From: Isurus oxyrinchus
Lineage: Eukaryota
DNA length: 64,000 bases
Direction of reading: 5' to 3'
Assembly: GCA_026770705.1 (NCBI GenBank)
Contig: JANJGN010000131.1
Coordinates: 310,001 to 374,000, forward strand
This document shows, piece by piece, positions 13,042-24,860 of the stretch. How positions within the stretch are numbered: the stretch's first letter is position 1; every line of letters starts with the position of its first letter. Both the position numbers and the translations under genes were made by a program. The notes below the pieces were generated by a model. The model saw only the letters and a list, made by a program, of their open reading frames with translations. It had not been told where the DNA came from and did no database searches.

Positions 13042-13047
13042 AATAAA
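13042..13047 (+). terminator. Polyadenylation signal of the IgH TM2 3' UTR
   Basis: AATAAA about 390 bp after the TM2 stop. Confidence 0.55.
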
Positions 13048-14114
13048 CTTTCATGTAAAATATTCTCTGAAATTGCTAATGAATGTGGAATGAAAAGTGA
13101 ACTAACTATGGCTTTGCTGAATTCCTTTTTCTGCGGTCCATCGACACTGCTCCATTTTCCCTATTACACATTTCTCCCTATTTCACCAGTCCTGTCTGGG
13201 ATCTATTTGCCCAGAAGGCCCCAATGGGCCACCCATCGCCCCTTCCGTGCAAAGGGACCTTTACCTCTGTCTGTTTCTGGCATTTGCCTGAGGTGGAATG
13301 ATTGAACAGGGAGGGTCACCTCTGTGATTTGACTCATACTCTGGGCGGTCACAGTCACATGTCAGGTAATTTTATACAGTAGCGTTCGGCTTCATCAGAG
13401 GCTGACGCATGACAGGATGTTGGATCAGAAATCTTCCTTTACACTGCCCTAGCCAACACTCCCACGGTTGGTACAGTCAGGGTCATAACAGGGTTAAGAT
13501 CCCTCTGCATTGTCCAATTAAACACTTTGAAGGCAGGGGTGCCGCTGGCTAGATATATAACACAGTCATAATTGGGAGCATTAACCAAGGGGCGATTCCA
13601 GAGACTCGAACGTGTCTGGCACTGATATATGATCGAGTGAAAATCCTGTAAATTATTAAAGAGCTTTAGGTCTCTTGCACACACCAGGGGGACAAAACCG
13701 CGAAAATGTCCAAAGACGGGGTTCCACGTGATACAGCAAGTAAACATAAACATGGGGCTTGTTCCTTGATCCTGGGGCCTATCGAATACTGAGACACTGG
13801 CTTCGAAGTATTTCTTAAATACACAAACAGGCATTACTCGCACCCCACCAAACCAACGCCTTCTTGTTAAGAATATATACGGTCCACATTCCGGTAAATA
13901 CACACTGACTGTCCACTTCCAACTTTTCTTTTAAATCCATTAGCCCTGTCATCCTCCCTTTTCCTTCGATTGTGAACTGTTTCCTGATCAGCTCATTCCT
14001 ACTGATACCATCTCTCTGTTGTCACTGAGCATAACCCCAGGGATCCTCTCTGCCTGCTCCAATCCTTCTGATACAATCTCCCTGAACTAAATGAACATCA
14101 CCCCACGGTTACGT

Positions 14115-14850
14115 AAATACAGAAAATGCTGCAAAAACTCAGCAGGCGGACAGCACCTGTGGAAGAAGGAATAGAGTTGACGTTTCGAGTCTGTCTGATG
14201 AAACGTTATAGCTTTGTTTCTGTCTCCACAGATGCTGTCAGACCTGCAGAGTTTTCTGTGTTTCTTTCAGATTTCCAGCATCTGCAGTTTTATTCGTTTA
14301 TCACCCTCGGGTTTTGTTCCTTCTGCTTCATTGCTTTTTCAGTGGTTCCTTCAGCGCCTCCCAATCATGGGAATATCAGGAGAAGTTCTCTTCTCGACCT
14401 AATATCTTCCAACATTTTCTCTAAAATCTCAGAGTTCACGGGCGAGGTTCCTTGTTGTTGAAAGTAGGAAGAGTGAGGCAGGGAAAAATTACCGACGCGT
14501 CTTAAAGACTCGGAATGCTGTTTGTTAATCGGTGAAGTTACTGTTAAAGCCTTTATCTCTCCCAATCTGACTCCCATCCTCTTCCACACTACCGTTCAGG
14601 ACATTTCAAACAACAACAGAAAAGGCAATAAAAGCTCAGCAGGTCTGACAGCATCTGCGAAGGAAAAGACAGAGTTAATATTTCGAGTCCGTATGACTCT
14701 TCTTCAGAGTCTTCTTCTCTGAAGAAAAGTCATACGGATTTGAAGCGTTAATTCTGCCTTTCTGTCCACAGATGCTGTTAGACGTGCTGCGTTTTTCCAG
14801 CATTTTCTGTCTGTGTTCCAGATTTCCTGCATCCGCAGTATTTTGCTTTT
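14115..14850. mobile_element. Two short palindromic Penelope-terminus relics (~14115-14300, ~14605-14850)
   Basis: ctcagcaggtctgacagcatctg... followed by its reverse complement cagatgctgtcagacctgc...; same motif as the termini of the 10.4-11.5 kb element. Confidence 0.7.
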
Positions 14851-15384
14851 ACCGTTCAGGATATCTCTCCACTGTTAGCTGCATTTATTTTTAGCCACCA
14901 CCGTTGTGCTCCTGTGTTTCTCTGTCCTTTCCCAGTCTCGGAAACACTCAATGGACGCACGGCCCCAATAAGATGCCAAGAACTCACTCCCACGGGCCAC
15001 AGTCCTCAGTCAGGAGTCACAGGCGGAACAAACTTTCCCGCTGAGTGGGGGCTGTGGACGGCTCGCTGCTGAATCAGTGCGGGAAATTATCAATTACGGT
15101 CGATATATGTTACGGTTCAATGAATGTTGAAATTGAGTGGCTATTTTAATGAGAACGGAAGTCATCTTTTCATTCAATTGAAACGCTCTTTTTAATAAAC
15201 AGCAGGCACGAGCAGTGTATGACTTCACAATAACATGGCCTTCGTCGATTGGTCCTGCAGCAAATGATGTCACAATTTTTCCAACACGTCACTGCACCGT
15301 GATTGGTTCTTGTTCCATTAAAGTCGGCTGTGCATGAGTTCATTATTCTTACTCTGGATATTCCAAGATGCTTTTCGACCGTCA

Positions 15385-15910
15385 CCCTGCACCTTATGAG
15401 ACAATGATCGCTGTCTCCTTGATGTTCCCCGCTGACACTTGATCTACCTGTCTAACCTCATTTGCAAGAGCCAGGTCTAGCAGTGCCTCCTTTCCTGTTG
15501 TACCGGACACATACTGCTATACAACATTCTCCTGAACACAATCGAGGAGCTCTTGCCCTTCTCTGTCCTTTATACTGCGAGTATCCCAGTCTATATTCCG
15601 GTAATTAAAGTGCCCTATTATTAGTATTCTTTCATCATTGCACCTCTGTGTTTACCCTGCAGAATTGTTCCATTACATCCTTCCTACTGGCAGACGGACG
15701 ACAGACAACACCTTGCACTTAATGGCACATTTTTCCCCCGTAGATCTCGCCAAATTGATTCTGTCCTTCAACCTTCTTGGACATCCTCTTTCTGCAGCAC
15801 TGCAATGCTCTCCTTAACCAATACCGTCACCCCCGTCCTTTTCTTCCTGCATAATCTTTACTGCACGCATTGTACAGAGGAATATTTAGCATCCAGTCCT
15901 AAACTTCCTT
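15385..15910 (-). mobile_element. CR1 LINE APE-endonuclease fragment
   Basis: Minus strand reads IIGHFNYRNIDW...ELLDCVQEN..QYV..TRKEALLDLALANEVRQVDQVSAGEHQGDSDH. Confidence 0.8.
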
Positions 15911-16797
15911 GATCCTGTTGAAATCGGAAGGCTACGAAACGGGAAGCCAGTGACAGCGTGGTCGAATTTATGAGAGAATTGCAGCAAGGTGATGCAGTGC
16001 ATAATTTCCAAAGCAGTAAGTGTACAATTATCTTGAGGCTACTTTAAAAACTCACGTTGCAACTTATAACATTAGACAAGCATATGAACATCGAAGATTA
16101 CATGACAATCCTGCAGCCTGTGTCAGATTTCCTGTCCTGTTTGAAAATTCTTGCATCGGGGGATTTTCTACCACAGCGTACATTTAATTGTGCAGCACTC
16201 ACATAGTGTTTAAAGGGCTTTTCAAGTATAAGAAAGCGTTAGAAAAATTTGAAAAGTTTTAAAGTCCGTAGAAGTGCTTTAAATCATAACAAAACACCCA
16301 TCTGCCTTTGGCCTGAAAAGGGACCGCAGGGAACTTGTATCAGGCTCGTGACGTCAGGAGGGGCGGCCGTCGCCAGAAGTCACCCCGATGCTACATTTCA
16401 CAGATCATTTTGTCCATGGGCCATGCATCAGCCAAAGGCTTAAATTCTGGCGGCAGCCAGTGAACCAGTCAAATTGGGATTCTCCAGAGCAATCAGGGCC
16501 AAAGGCCTCTCATTCACCCCTGACCACAAAATCCAGGTCGGTATCTTTTTATGAGAAAATAAATTGTGATCATGCCGCAATCTCTGGGTGTCAACTCCAT
16601 TGAAAAAAAAAACCTTTTATTCTCCCAAAACATAAACGTCAGTCCTGAAGCAGCTGGGCTGAACTGTTATTATTTAATATTAATACATTTAATGCAAGAG
16701 ATCAAACCACCTAATTAACTCCCTGGAGCTTCACATCAGTTATAAATGTGACAATCTTTCAGTGCAGTGCAGAAGGCGTTCAGAACATTTGTTGAAA

Positions 16798-19700
16798 ATG
16801 AACGGATCACCAAAAGACCTTCTGTCTGCCATTTATTATCCAGTCCTTGCAGCTCTCGGGGTTCCAGGTAAAGTATTGTAATTAGTATTTTGATACGGAA
16901 ATCGGTTATCTGCAGGAATTCTACCTTTTAAAAGCATTGTATATCCATAACGTTATACTCATACTCCCAGTTCGCCCTTTATCTGTACAATTCTCCCCAT
17001 TAATGGAGCAATTTCCCTCTTTTATCAAGTATATTTTATCCCTCTAAAAGAACATTTTCCCCACTTTATAGGTATAATGTCTAAATTTTGAAAATATAAT
17101 TTGTTCACTTTGCCTAAAATTCTCGTCGCTAATGGCTAAATAATATGCTGTTAAAGATGCAATTATAGGCTGTTAGTGGCATAATATAACCTTGTTAAAA
17201 ACAAAATTTCACAATTTAAGTGCTATCATATCACCCTGCTAAGTGTGCAATTTCTCGCTGTTAATGGCAAAATATTACCGTTGAGGGTGAAATTTCTCGC
17301 TGTTAGCGGTATAATATCACCCTTATAAGGGTGCAAATTTTCGTTGTAAGTGGTATTATATTACCCTCTTCAACGGTGTTTTGCACCATTTAGTACTGGT
17401 GTATTTTCACACTGTTATCACAGTGCAATTGCCTTTCCATTCTATTGCTGGCATTGTTGCTGAAGGAGAATTATCACATTGTAATCACGGTGCAAGTATG
17501 ATCAACTTCTGTTACTGTAGTTGTATTTCAACAGCGACATTACAGTCTAAATATCTTTCCATTGTGTTTCCGGTATCGTTACTGAAGGTGAATTATCACA
17601 TTGTAATCACGGTGTGAATGTGAACACCTTCTGCTACTGACTGTCTAACTGTGGTTGAATGATCACACTTTAATCACAGTTAGAATGTGATTGTGTTCTG
17701 TTACTGACAGTCTAACCGTGGATGAGCTATCACACTGTTTTCACGGTGCAAATGTAAATCTGTTGTGTTGTTCACATTGACAATGATCGAATAATTCCCA
17801 CGAATGATTCACTGATAGAGAGCAATGTAACATTCAAAATTTCCCCAATGAATTTGTTGGAAGGACATCATGAGCACCCAGTTTTTGACAGATGTATAAA
17901 CAATGTAATAGTAGACGTTTGATGAATATTCTATATTAACACCACAATCACAAAGATGTGTTTCTGCTCTCAAACTCCAACATTAATTGGTTCATGAGCT
18001 GCTGCTGACGCTTCTACCTGACCACCGTTGACGCCGGAATTTCCTTCTGCTATCACCGGGCAATGTCCCACATTTTCCCGTCTCCGCTGTTTGTTCACAT
18101 TGAGTGAGGCTGCCTACTAGGTTGCGTCTTTCACATCTGAGGCTCAATGCTTTGATTTCAAATATCCACTACAGGACAACATTGATAGTTGGTCCCGACA
18201 GTGCAGTGCAGTGCGGAGTCAGTGCTGCATTGCAAGAGGGACCTCACTCGGAAGGAGATTTCGGCTTCCGTCATTTCCAAATGTTCAGATCGACACTGAT
18301 CTTCCAGTTGACTATATGTGAGGAGCTAGGATGTATCTTCACATGCAGGCAAACGCCCTGTCTGGAAGATCAGAAATCATTCATTGCCCCTTTACTCCTC
18401 GCTGTATGTGGATATTTTTGAGCAAGTTTAATTCCCAAAGTTCCCAACAACGAAAAATTTACAATAATTATTGCCAATTAGTATATAGGATAGGAACTAT
18501 ATTGATCTTCAGTGAGATATAATCCGCGCCCTTATTCGTTTCCACACATCTTGTTGCTTGTTTTGTTATTTACCTTCGTCATTATTTCCTGCAATGCCTT
18601 GCAGATGCGTACAATTTCTTCTTGCTTATGCAAAAATTCTATGTTGGTTTCTCTGTGTTAACGATGTCTTTTGTTCTCCATTAGTTTTTATTAAACTATT
18701 TGACCTGCCCTATATTGAATTAAGATTTCAATTTTCAAAGCTGAATCACTTGCCCATTGCAATTGCGCAACTGGGGACGACATCTTAAAGGTACAAATTC
18801 ATGCAGAATCCTATACAATTGTTGATTTGTTTATAGTTTGAGCAGTAACCTTCCTGTATTCGTTCTCTCCCAAACTCACACACACACAAACTCAGTCTCT
18901 TTCCATCTTCTCTCTTTCTCTCTCTCTCTTTATTGCAGCTAACCTGGCGGTGATTGTGATCCTTTCTCGAGTGAAATGCCTGTATAATCTATTATTTACA
19001 ATCCCTGGCGGTGACAGATCTCCTGCTCATTATAACCGCTGTGATATTGAACTGGATTGCTGGTATTTATTTCCCACTCAGTTTCCTGTCAATCACACCA
19101 GTATGCAGTCTCTGTGAAGCCCTAATATATTCAGCCATAGACAGCTCTGCCTGGTTAACTACAGCTTTCACCTTTGATCGATTTGTGGCCATTTGTTGCC
19201 AGAAGCTGAAAATAAAATGTTCTTCCAAAAAAACGGCGGCACGGGTTATAGGGACAATCTGCACAATCAGCTGTGTCAAAAACACCTTCCAGTATTTTAT
19301 ATACGAATCTTTGTACATAATTGACAATGTACCCTGGTGCTGCGATGTAAAAGTGATATTTTATACCTCACTTGCATGGATCGCCTATGACTGCATTCAT
19401 CACATTTTAACCGCTTGTCTCCCATTCATTCTGATTTTACTGCTCAATGTCCTGACAGTCAGACACATTCTCGCAGCCAGTAGAGCTCGCAGGAGACTCC
19501 AGACCCGGAGAAATGGAGACAATCAGTGTGACCCTGAGATGGAGAAGCGGACAATGTCCATCATTTTACTCTTCTGTGTATCGGGAAGTTTCATCCTGTT
19601 ATATTTGTTACTTTTTATAACTTTCCTCTATGTGCAAATTGGAAATGTTAAATACTTATCAAGCTCTGAAATCAATCTTTCAACATTCATTCTTGAGGAA

Positions 19701-19837
19701 AAAGCATACATGCTTCAGTTTTTGAGTTCCTGCGCAAACCTGTTTCTTTATGCAGCGACCAGAGTAAATTCAGAGAAGAGTTAAAGAATGGGGTGAAACA
19801 TCCACTACTTGAAATTGCTAAATTATTTGGACGATAA
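16798..19837 (+). pseudogene. GPR139-like GPCR pseudogene (copy C), exons 16798-16867 and 18939-19837
   Basis: TATAAAT at 16741; exon 1 MNGSPKDLLSAIYYPVLAALGVP G|gtaaag; exon 2 after tattgcag; FTFDRFVAICCQKLK; frameshifting deletion near 18978 and 1-bp deletion near 19760 relative to copy D. Confidence 0.9.
17090..17780. repeat. Two adjacent degenerate minisatellites in the GPCR C intron
   Basis: aatttctcgctgtta.tgg.ataatat repeats (~40 bp) followed by aattatcacattgtaatcacggtg repeats (~60 bp). Confidence 0.7.
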
Positions 19838-20549
19838 GGACAGCAAAATCCAACTTCAACTGTACACAAGATTCCATCCTTTCCCCTTCTTGTCGATGCC
19901 ACGCATTGTTTTCCATTCTAGTTAACAGTCACTCAGTTTGAAAATAAGACTGTTAAAGGCGCAATACATCCGAGCACAATTAAGTGTCAGTATCTGTTCT
20001 CTGGTAGTTAAATGTTCTCTTCCCCATATTTTCTGTGGTCTGTCTTATTCCCATCAGAATCCAGGGTCCTTGTAGTCCTCGTCGTATCTCTACGTTCATG
20101 TGGACGGCAAAGTGTCGTATATCTGATTTGTTACCACATTCCAAGATGAACTGTAGATAAAGCAACTACAATCTCCCCGCGTCCTGCCCCAGTAATGATT
20201 CTGATCTTGATGGTTGGATACGCTTCGAAATGGATGCACATACTATCCTCAGGAATTGTTCTCCACTGACCAAGCACCGCTTTACAGCAAACACCTGAGC
20301 CCCTAAATATACAAACAGCGGACTGGGGGATTGCAATGGCAAAACACCATCAATTCATCTTCTGCACTTTCCGTTGGCCAATTGGGAAGAGTCCCATCTC
20401 GAAAGGGGCCCCAAAAATGACCAACAAAATAATTTTTTAAAACGTTATAAAACTGCATAAGGACATTATCTTCATTTATCATTTATAAATCTTCAGCTGA
20501 TTTCGTTTCCAGCTGTCCTGTTAGCCACGTTGATAAAGGTAGAAGGGAT

Positions 20550-20840
20550 TTTTTTATTCGTTCAATCGCTAAATGCTCTTGTTCAGAGAGCATTTAAGAG
20601 TCACGTAGAGGCCAGACAGCAGATGCTCTTTCCTGCAGGAAATAATTAAACCAAATGGGCTTTTACAGCAATTAGCAATGGTTTCATGATCATCATCAGA
20701 CGCTTAATTAAAGATTTTTATTGAATTCAAATTGCTCAACCTTCCACGGTGGGATGTGAACTTAGGTCCCCAGAGAATTAGATTGGGCCTTATGCAATGT
20801 TAACCTGGTCATAATGCTGCTACACCACCACCTCCCATCA
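20550..20840 (-). mobile_element. SINE (HE1-related) relic
   Basis: Reverse complement shows ggtggtgtagtagc..taattctctgggga..ttcacatcccacc..gaatttgaattcaataaaaatct, matching the element at 48.9 kb. Confidence 0.6.
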
Positions 20841-22849
20841 GTACTTAGCTGGTCCTACCAATTTATCTTAACAGTTATTCGACAACAGGCCCAGACGTGA
20901 TTAACTAAAATGTCAGTTGATCGCTTCAATATTCGGGGCGTGAACTTACTTGCAGCAGTGGTACCGAGGTTTAGCTGTGGTTTGCTGAGGCACCTTCTAC
21001 CATGACCCAGAATTCCATTTGTGAAAGAGGCCTGTGGGAGTATCCCCCGTATTTGCCTGGAAGAGGTGAATTGATGTTACACTGAAGTCACACATCCTGA
21101 CGACTGAGGTGATGGCAGAATACCGAATGTGGACTGGAACATGCATTAATACATCATTCGGCAAACAGAAACTCTAGTTCTGCAAAACTGACCCTCCACC
21201 AATGTTTCACGATGGGCTTGGCACCTTAATATCATGGAATTTAATTTGGAGGAGTTCTCCTCTCACAAACTATTTGGTGTTATTAAGACTTGTTTTTGGA
21301 GGCCTTGTGGTTGGTTTCTGGATTTCCCAGATGACTGTTCTGCAGCCTGGAAGGAGAGGCAGCAGATCTGATGATGTGTCCATGGAAAGGCTGTAGCGGG
21401 GCCAGCGGTTGCGATGCCTCTGGACCAGCAACGTTACAGCTGAAATGCAGTGTCGGCTATGAAGAGGTGAAGCTCTGCCAAATGCAATCTGTTGAATTGG
21501 AGCCAGACTCTTTAATGCTCCTTGACAGCGGCAGGAGTTGCCATTGCATTGTATGAACCAATATTAACAAACTCACTCGATCTTCTCGCAATACTCAATA
21601 GATCCATTTATCAATGATCTGGTGGGCAGGATTTTGGGGTGTGCATAGCGTGAAACACAATCGAGTTTAGTTGACACTTAATGGATTCCAGAAAACAACA
21701 GGATGTTGGTGCTGCAGTGTTGCTTTGTAATGCAGTAGGGGCCTACAACTCGGCAATTTGGTCTGATTGGCGAGACGTTCCATTCGTTTTCATTTTGGGC
21801 GGATGCTGGATGACACTGACACTGCTCAGGAGCACATTCGTCTTTCGAAAGGAAGGTACAGAAAGAATTTGATGAATTTATTAGTCGGGTTGTCTCGTTA
21901 TTTCCGTTGCATGAATTAATCCATTGTAATTCCCAATAAGATCAGTCGTTATTTTTTCATGTTCTCCTTTACAAACTAGATTTCTTAAAAACTTATTTAA
22001 CAGGAAACATTACCCCCATGATATCTTACAATATCTTTAAAAGTTACACGTTTCTCACGTTATGATGTTGAATGTTAATGAAGCATGTTGACATTGAATG
22101 TCACGTGACAATCTAGAAGCCCCCTTACAAATTCACCACAGAGACATTTCCTATCCTGTGTGAAAATCATTGCTGCATTACAATCAGTCAGCCTAACATT
22201 GCCGCCAGGTGAATGTCCAGTGAGCAGAATCGGGGCAATTTTAATGGTGAATTGGAAGAGTTTCGGTTAATAACCGACAGCTAACATGGATTTGTAATAA
22301 GGCAAAATAGAGAAACTTGACAGAACTTTTCTCTGAAGTAATAGACGGGATGGTATTCGTGGGTCCCGATGGTTTTGCATCGTGAAGCAAGTTAACACAG
22401 TGTCCCACAAGTATTGGTGTTCAGTCAATTGTCATTTGTGATATCTGTTAGACATATGGACACGGGAACAAAGGGTAAAAATTTAAGCTTTGCCGATAGC
22501 GCAAGACATGGATATGGAGAAAACTGTGTGCAGGCTAGTTGACATAATTCAGGAAAGACAGCTGGAAAGCCAAGCGCATGAGATATGGAATTTACTGCAA
22601 AAAATATGATTTGGAATGCTATAATTGGAAAAAAATCGAGTTGGGAAGCAACATAAACCAACAGGCTAGAACTTTCGGTGATGCCAGTACAGTGGTGTAT
22701 ATTCTGGAAGGAGGGCCTTTGGAGTTCTCAAAATCTGCTGCGGAATCCATCAAATCTCATGACATCAGAGAACATCAAATCAAACATGGATAAGGAAAAC
22801 TACTGCTATTAGATATCAGACATCCAGAATCCAATTTTCCAGGATTGGG

Positions 22850-24360
22850 CATGGAGGTGATGGGCCGCTGGAGGAGAGGGTGGGAGGGCGGTGTTGCAAT
22901 CATCGGGTGTGTCCAGGGTTGTTACAATTGGATACCAGGAGAGAATGCGGCGTGGTTGGGGTGGTGGTCGAGGTGTTAGAGTGATACCCTGGTCTGTTCA
23001 GGCAGTTGGAAGGCTTATGGGGTAATCAGTGGTCTGCAGGGTGTTTGGGGAATCGAGGGAAATTGTCGATGTCATGCTTGACGAATATTCGATGCGTTGG
23101 GAGTGTGTTTGGCAGGTTATCGGGGGTATTCGTGAGGTCAGTTGGGTCCTCACTGGGTGACGGTGCAGTCGGGTGCTTGTGGTTCGTTGATTGTTGGGAG
23201 GACAGCCTGGGGGCGGGAGGGTAGTCAGGGGTTGGGGAAGGTAATGGGGCGTAGTCAGGGGCGGGTTGAGAGGATAGGCAGGGGAGTTTCAGCAGTCGGG
23301 GAGGTGGGAGATATAGTTGATGTTTCCAGTGGGGGGTCGGGGTTCTCATTTCTATAGTGACCCAGGAGTTAGAAGCGATTTTCATTCTTCTCACTCCTCC
23401 TGGGAAACTATTTTCCCGGGACAGGCATAACGAACTGAAGTTTCCATTTAAATCCACGTGTCGGACGGTCCCTGATGTTCTTCGGAAGTTTGAATTTTCC
23501 GGTCAATACCCGTGCAGCCCTCATATGGGGGCTTCCGGACCGGGGGCGGATGGTGGAGGTTGTGCTTCTCCCACAGCATCTTTGGGGTGCCTCATGGCTG
23601 CGGCCCTACGGAGATCAGAATGTATTGTCAATATATCCCAGATCTTCTGACCAGTAGATGGCCTGACCCCGAGGTACCAGAGAGATATGATGTTCGATGC
23701 CATGTAACTCCCCACTTCAGGACTGCCCGGCAACTTCCCCCAGATTTTCCACATCCTTTGGGCAATTAATACTGCATCTGGAAAACTCCAGAACCCTGGG
23801 TTAGATTTGGAGGAGTTGGATTGTCCTGGCATACATAGCAGAATAGGTACCCAGGAAACATGAGAAGGATTAATACCTGTTCCAGCTGCTGGGTAACCAG
23901 AATTAAGATCTGCATTTCTGAAATGGACACCCCAATTACTGTCCAGACAGCCCGAGTGTGCCCTAGAACCCCGACAACCATCCAAAATCCAATTACCCAT
24001 ACCCTGACTAATACGTTGAAACTTCAACTGCCGCCGAGACGACGGGGACAACCCCCATCCCCAAACTAATCCCCCACATTCCCATTACATCCAACCCCCG
24101 ACTACCGTCCCGAACACCCGAATCTCCCCCTACCCCAGACAACCCTCCGGATAACCCAAACGTTACCCACACTCCCACCCCACTGTGCCTACTCCGCACT
24201 TCAATGCCCACCCGCTAACCACCCCCCCGTCCAATCGTCTAGCCCCCTTCCCCCACTAAACGTCAACAACCTCAAACTGCCTGATATCCCTCGACCTACC
24301 CTAATCCCTCACCCCTATACTTGCCACCCGACTACCTGACCCTGCTGTCTTGCACACTGA
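22850..24360. mobile_element. Two oppositely oriented copies of an interspersed G-rich repeat
   Basis: G-rich 22850-23520 and C-rich 23690-24360 share the core ttttcctgggtacctattctgct...ggaagtttgaa with a third copy at 27.7-28.8 kb. Confidence 0.55.
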
Positions 24361-24394
24361 CCTTCTCTCCGCGCTGTGCCAATCTTCATTTTAT

Positions 24395-24860
24395 GATTCT
24401 GAATCTGTAACTGAGGCATTCGTGGACAGTATTTCCACCTTTCTGTCTGAAATTCGCGAGATAATTATTATTTTAAAATAACTAGCTTATAATTTCACTA
24501 TAGCTTGAATTGCATTTGTAACTATGTCTTTTCTTTCGCTGTTGTCCCCTTCCCTTTATGCTAAATTTCTGTTTTCTCTTTCTGGCTTATGTTACACTTC
24601 TACTTACAGTTGGCAGCTCAGAGCACATGGGGTTGTCTCAATGTGACGCTCAAACGATACATTCACTTTTGTGACTTTTAAATGAATAATGTCTACAAAA
24701 CATGCCCTGAAATTGTTAATAAATCTTCAATGATAATTGCACCAAGTATGACTTTGCTGAATTCATTTCTCCTCGCTTCATCGACATGGCTGCATTTTCC
24801 CTATTTCACGTTTTCCTCCTTTCCCGACTGGTATTTATCACGATTCCTGTCTGCAAAGTG
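24395..24860 (+). repeat. Diverged paralog of the IgH TM2 3' UTR and downstream flank (12760-13200)
   Basis: Shared co-linear blocks: ccccttcccttt..ctgttttctctttctg, ctcagag, caatgtgacgctca, ctgaaattg.taat, ctttgctgaattc, catcgaca..gct.cattttccctatt. Confidence 0.75.

Noticed and set aside
13439-13903. 154-aa minus-strand ORF
   Set aside because: No domain motif, non-ATG start, ends within a SINE/LINE tail
19950-21600. Scattered Ig-C2/TM/ITIM-like words on the minus strand (FVRGE, FSCNV, IYDTL)
   Set aside because: Too fragmented across frames to separate from chance without an HMM search
22371-22430. CACAGTG heptamer near ggttttgca, a possible D-segment RSS
   Set aside because: No nonamer at 12 or 23 bp in the correct orientation
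23026-24069. Pro-rich and Gly-rich ORFs of 140-176 aa
   Set aside because: Products of G/C-rich low-complexity repeats
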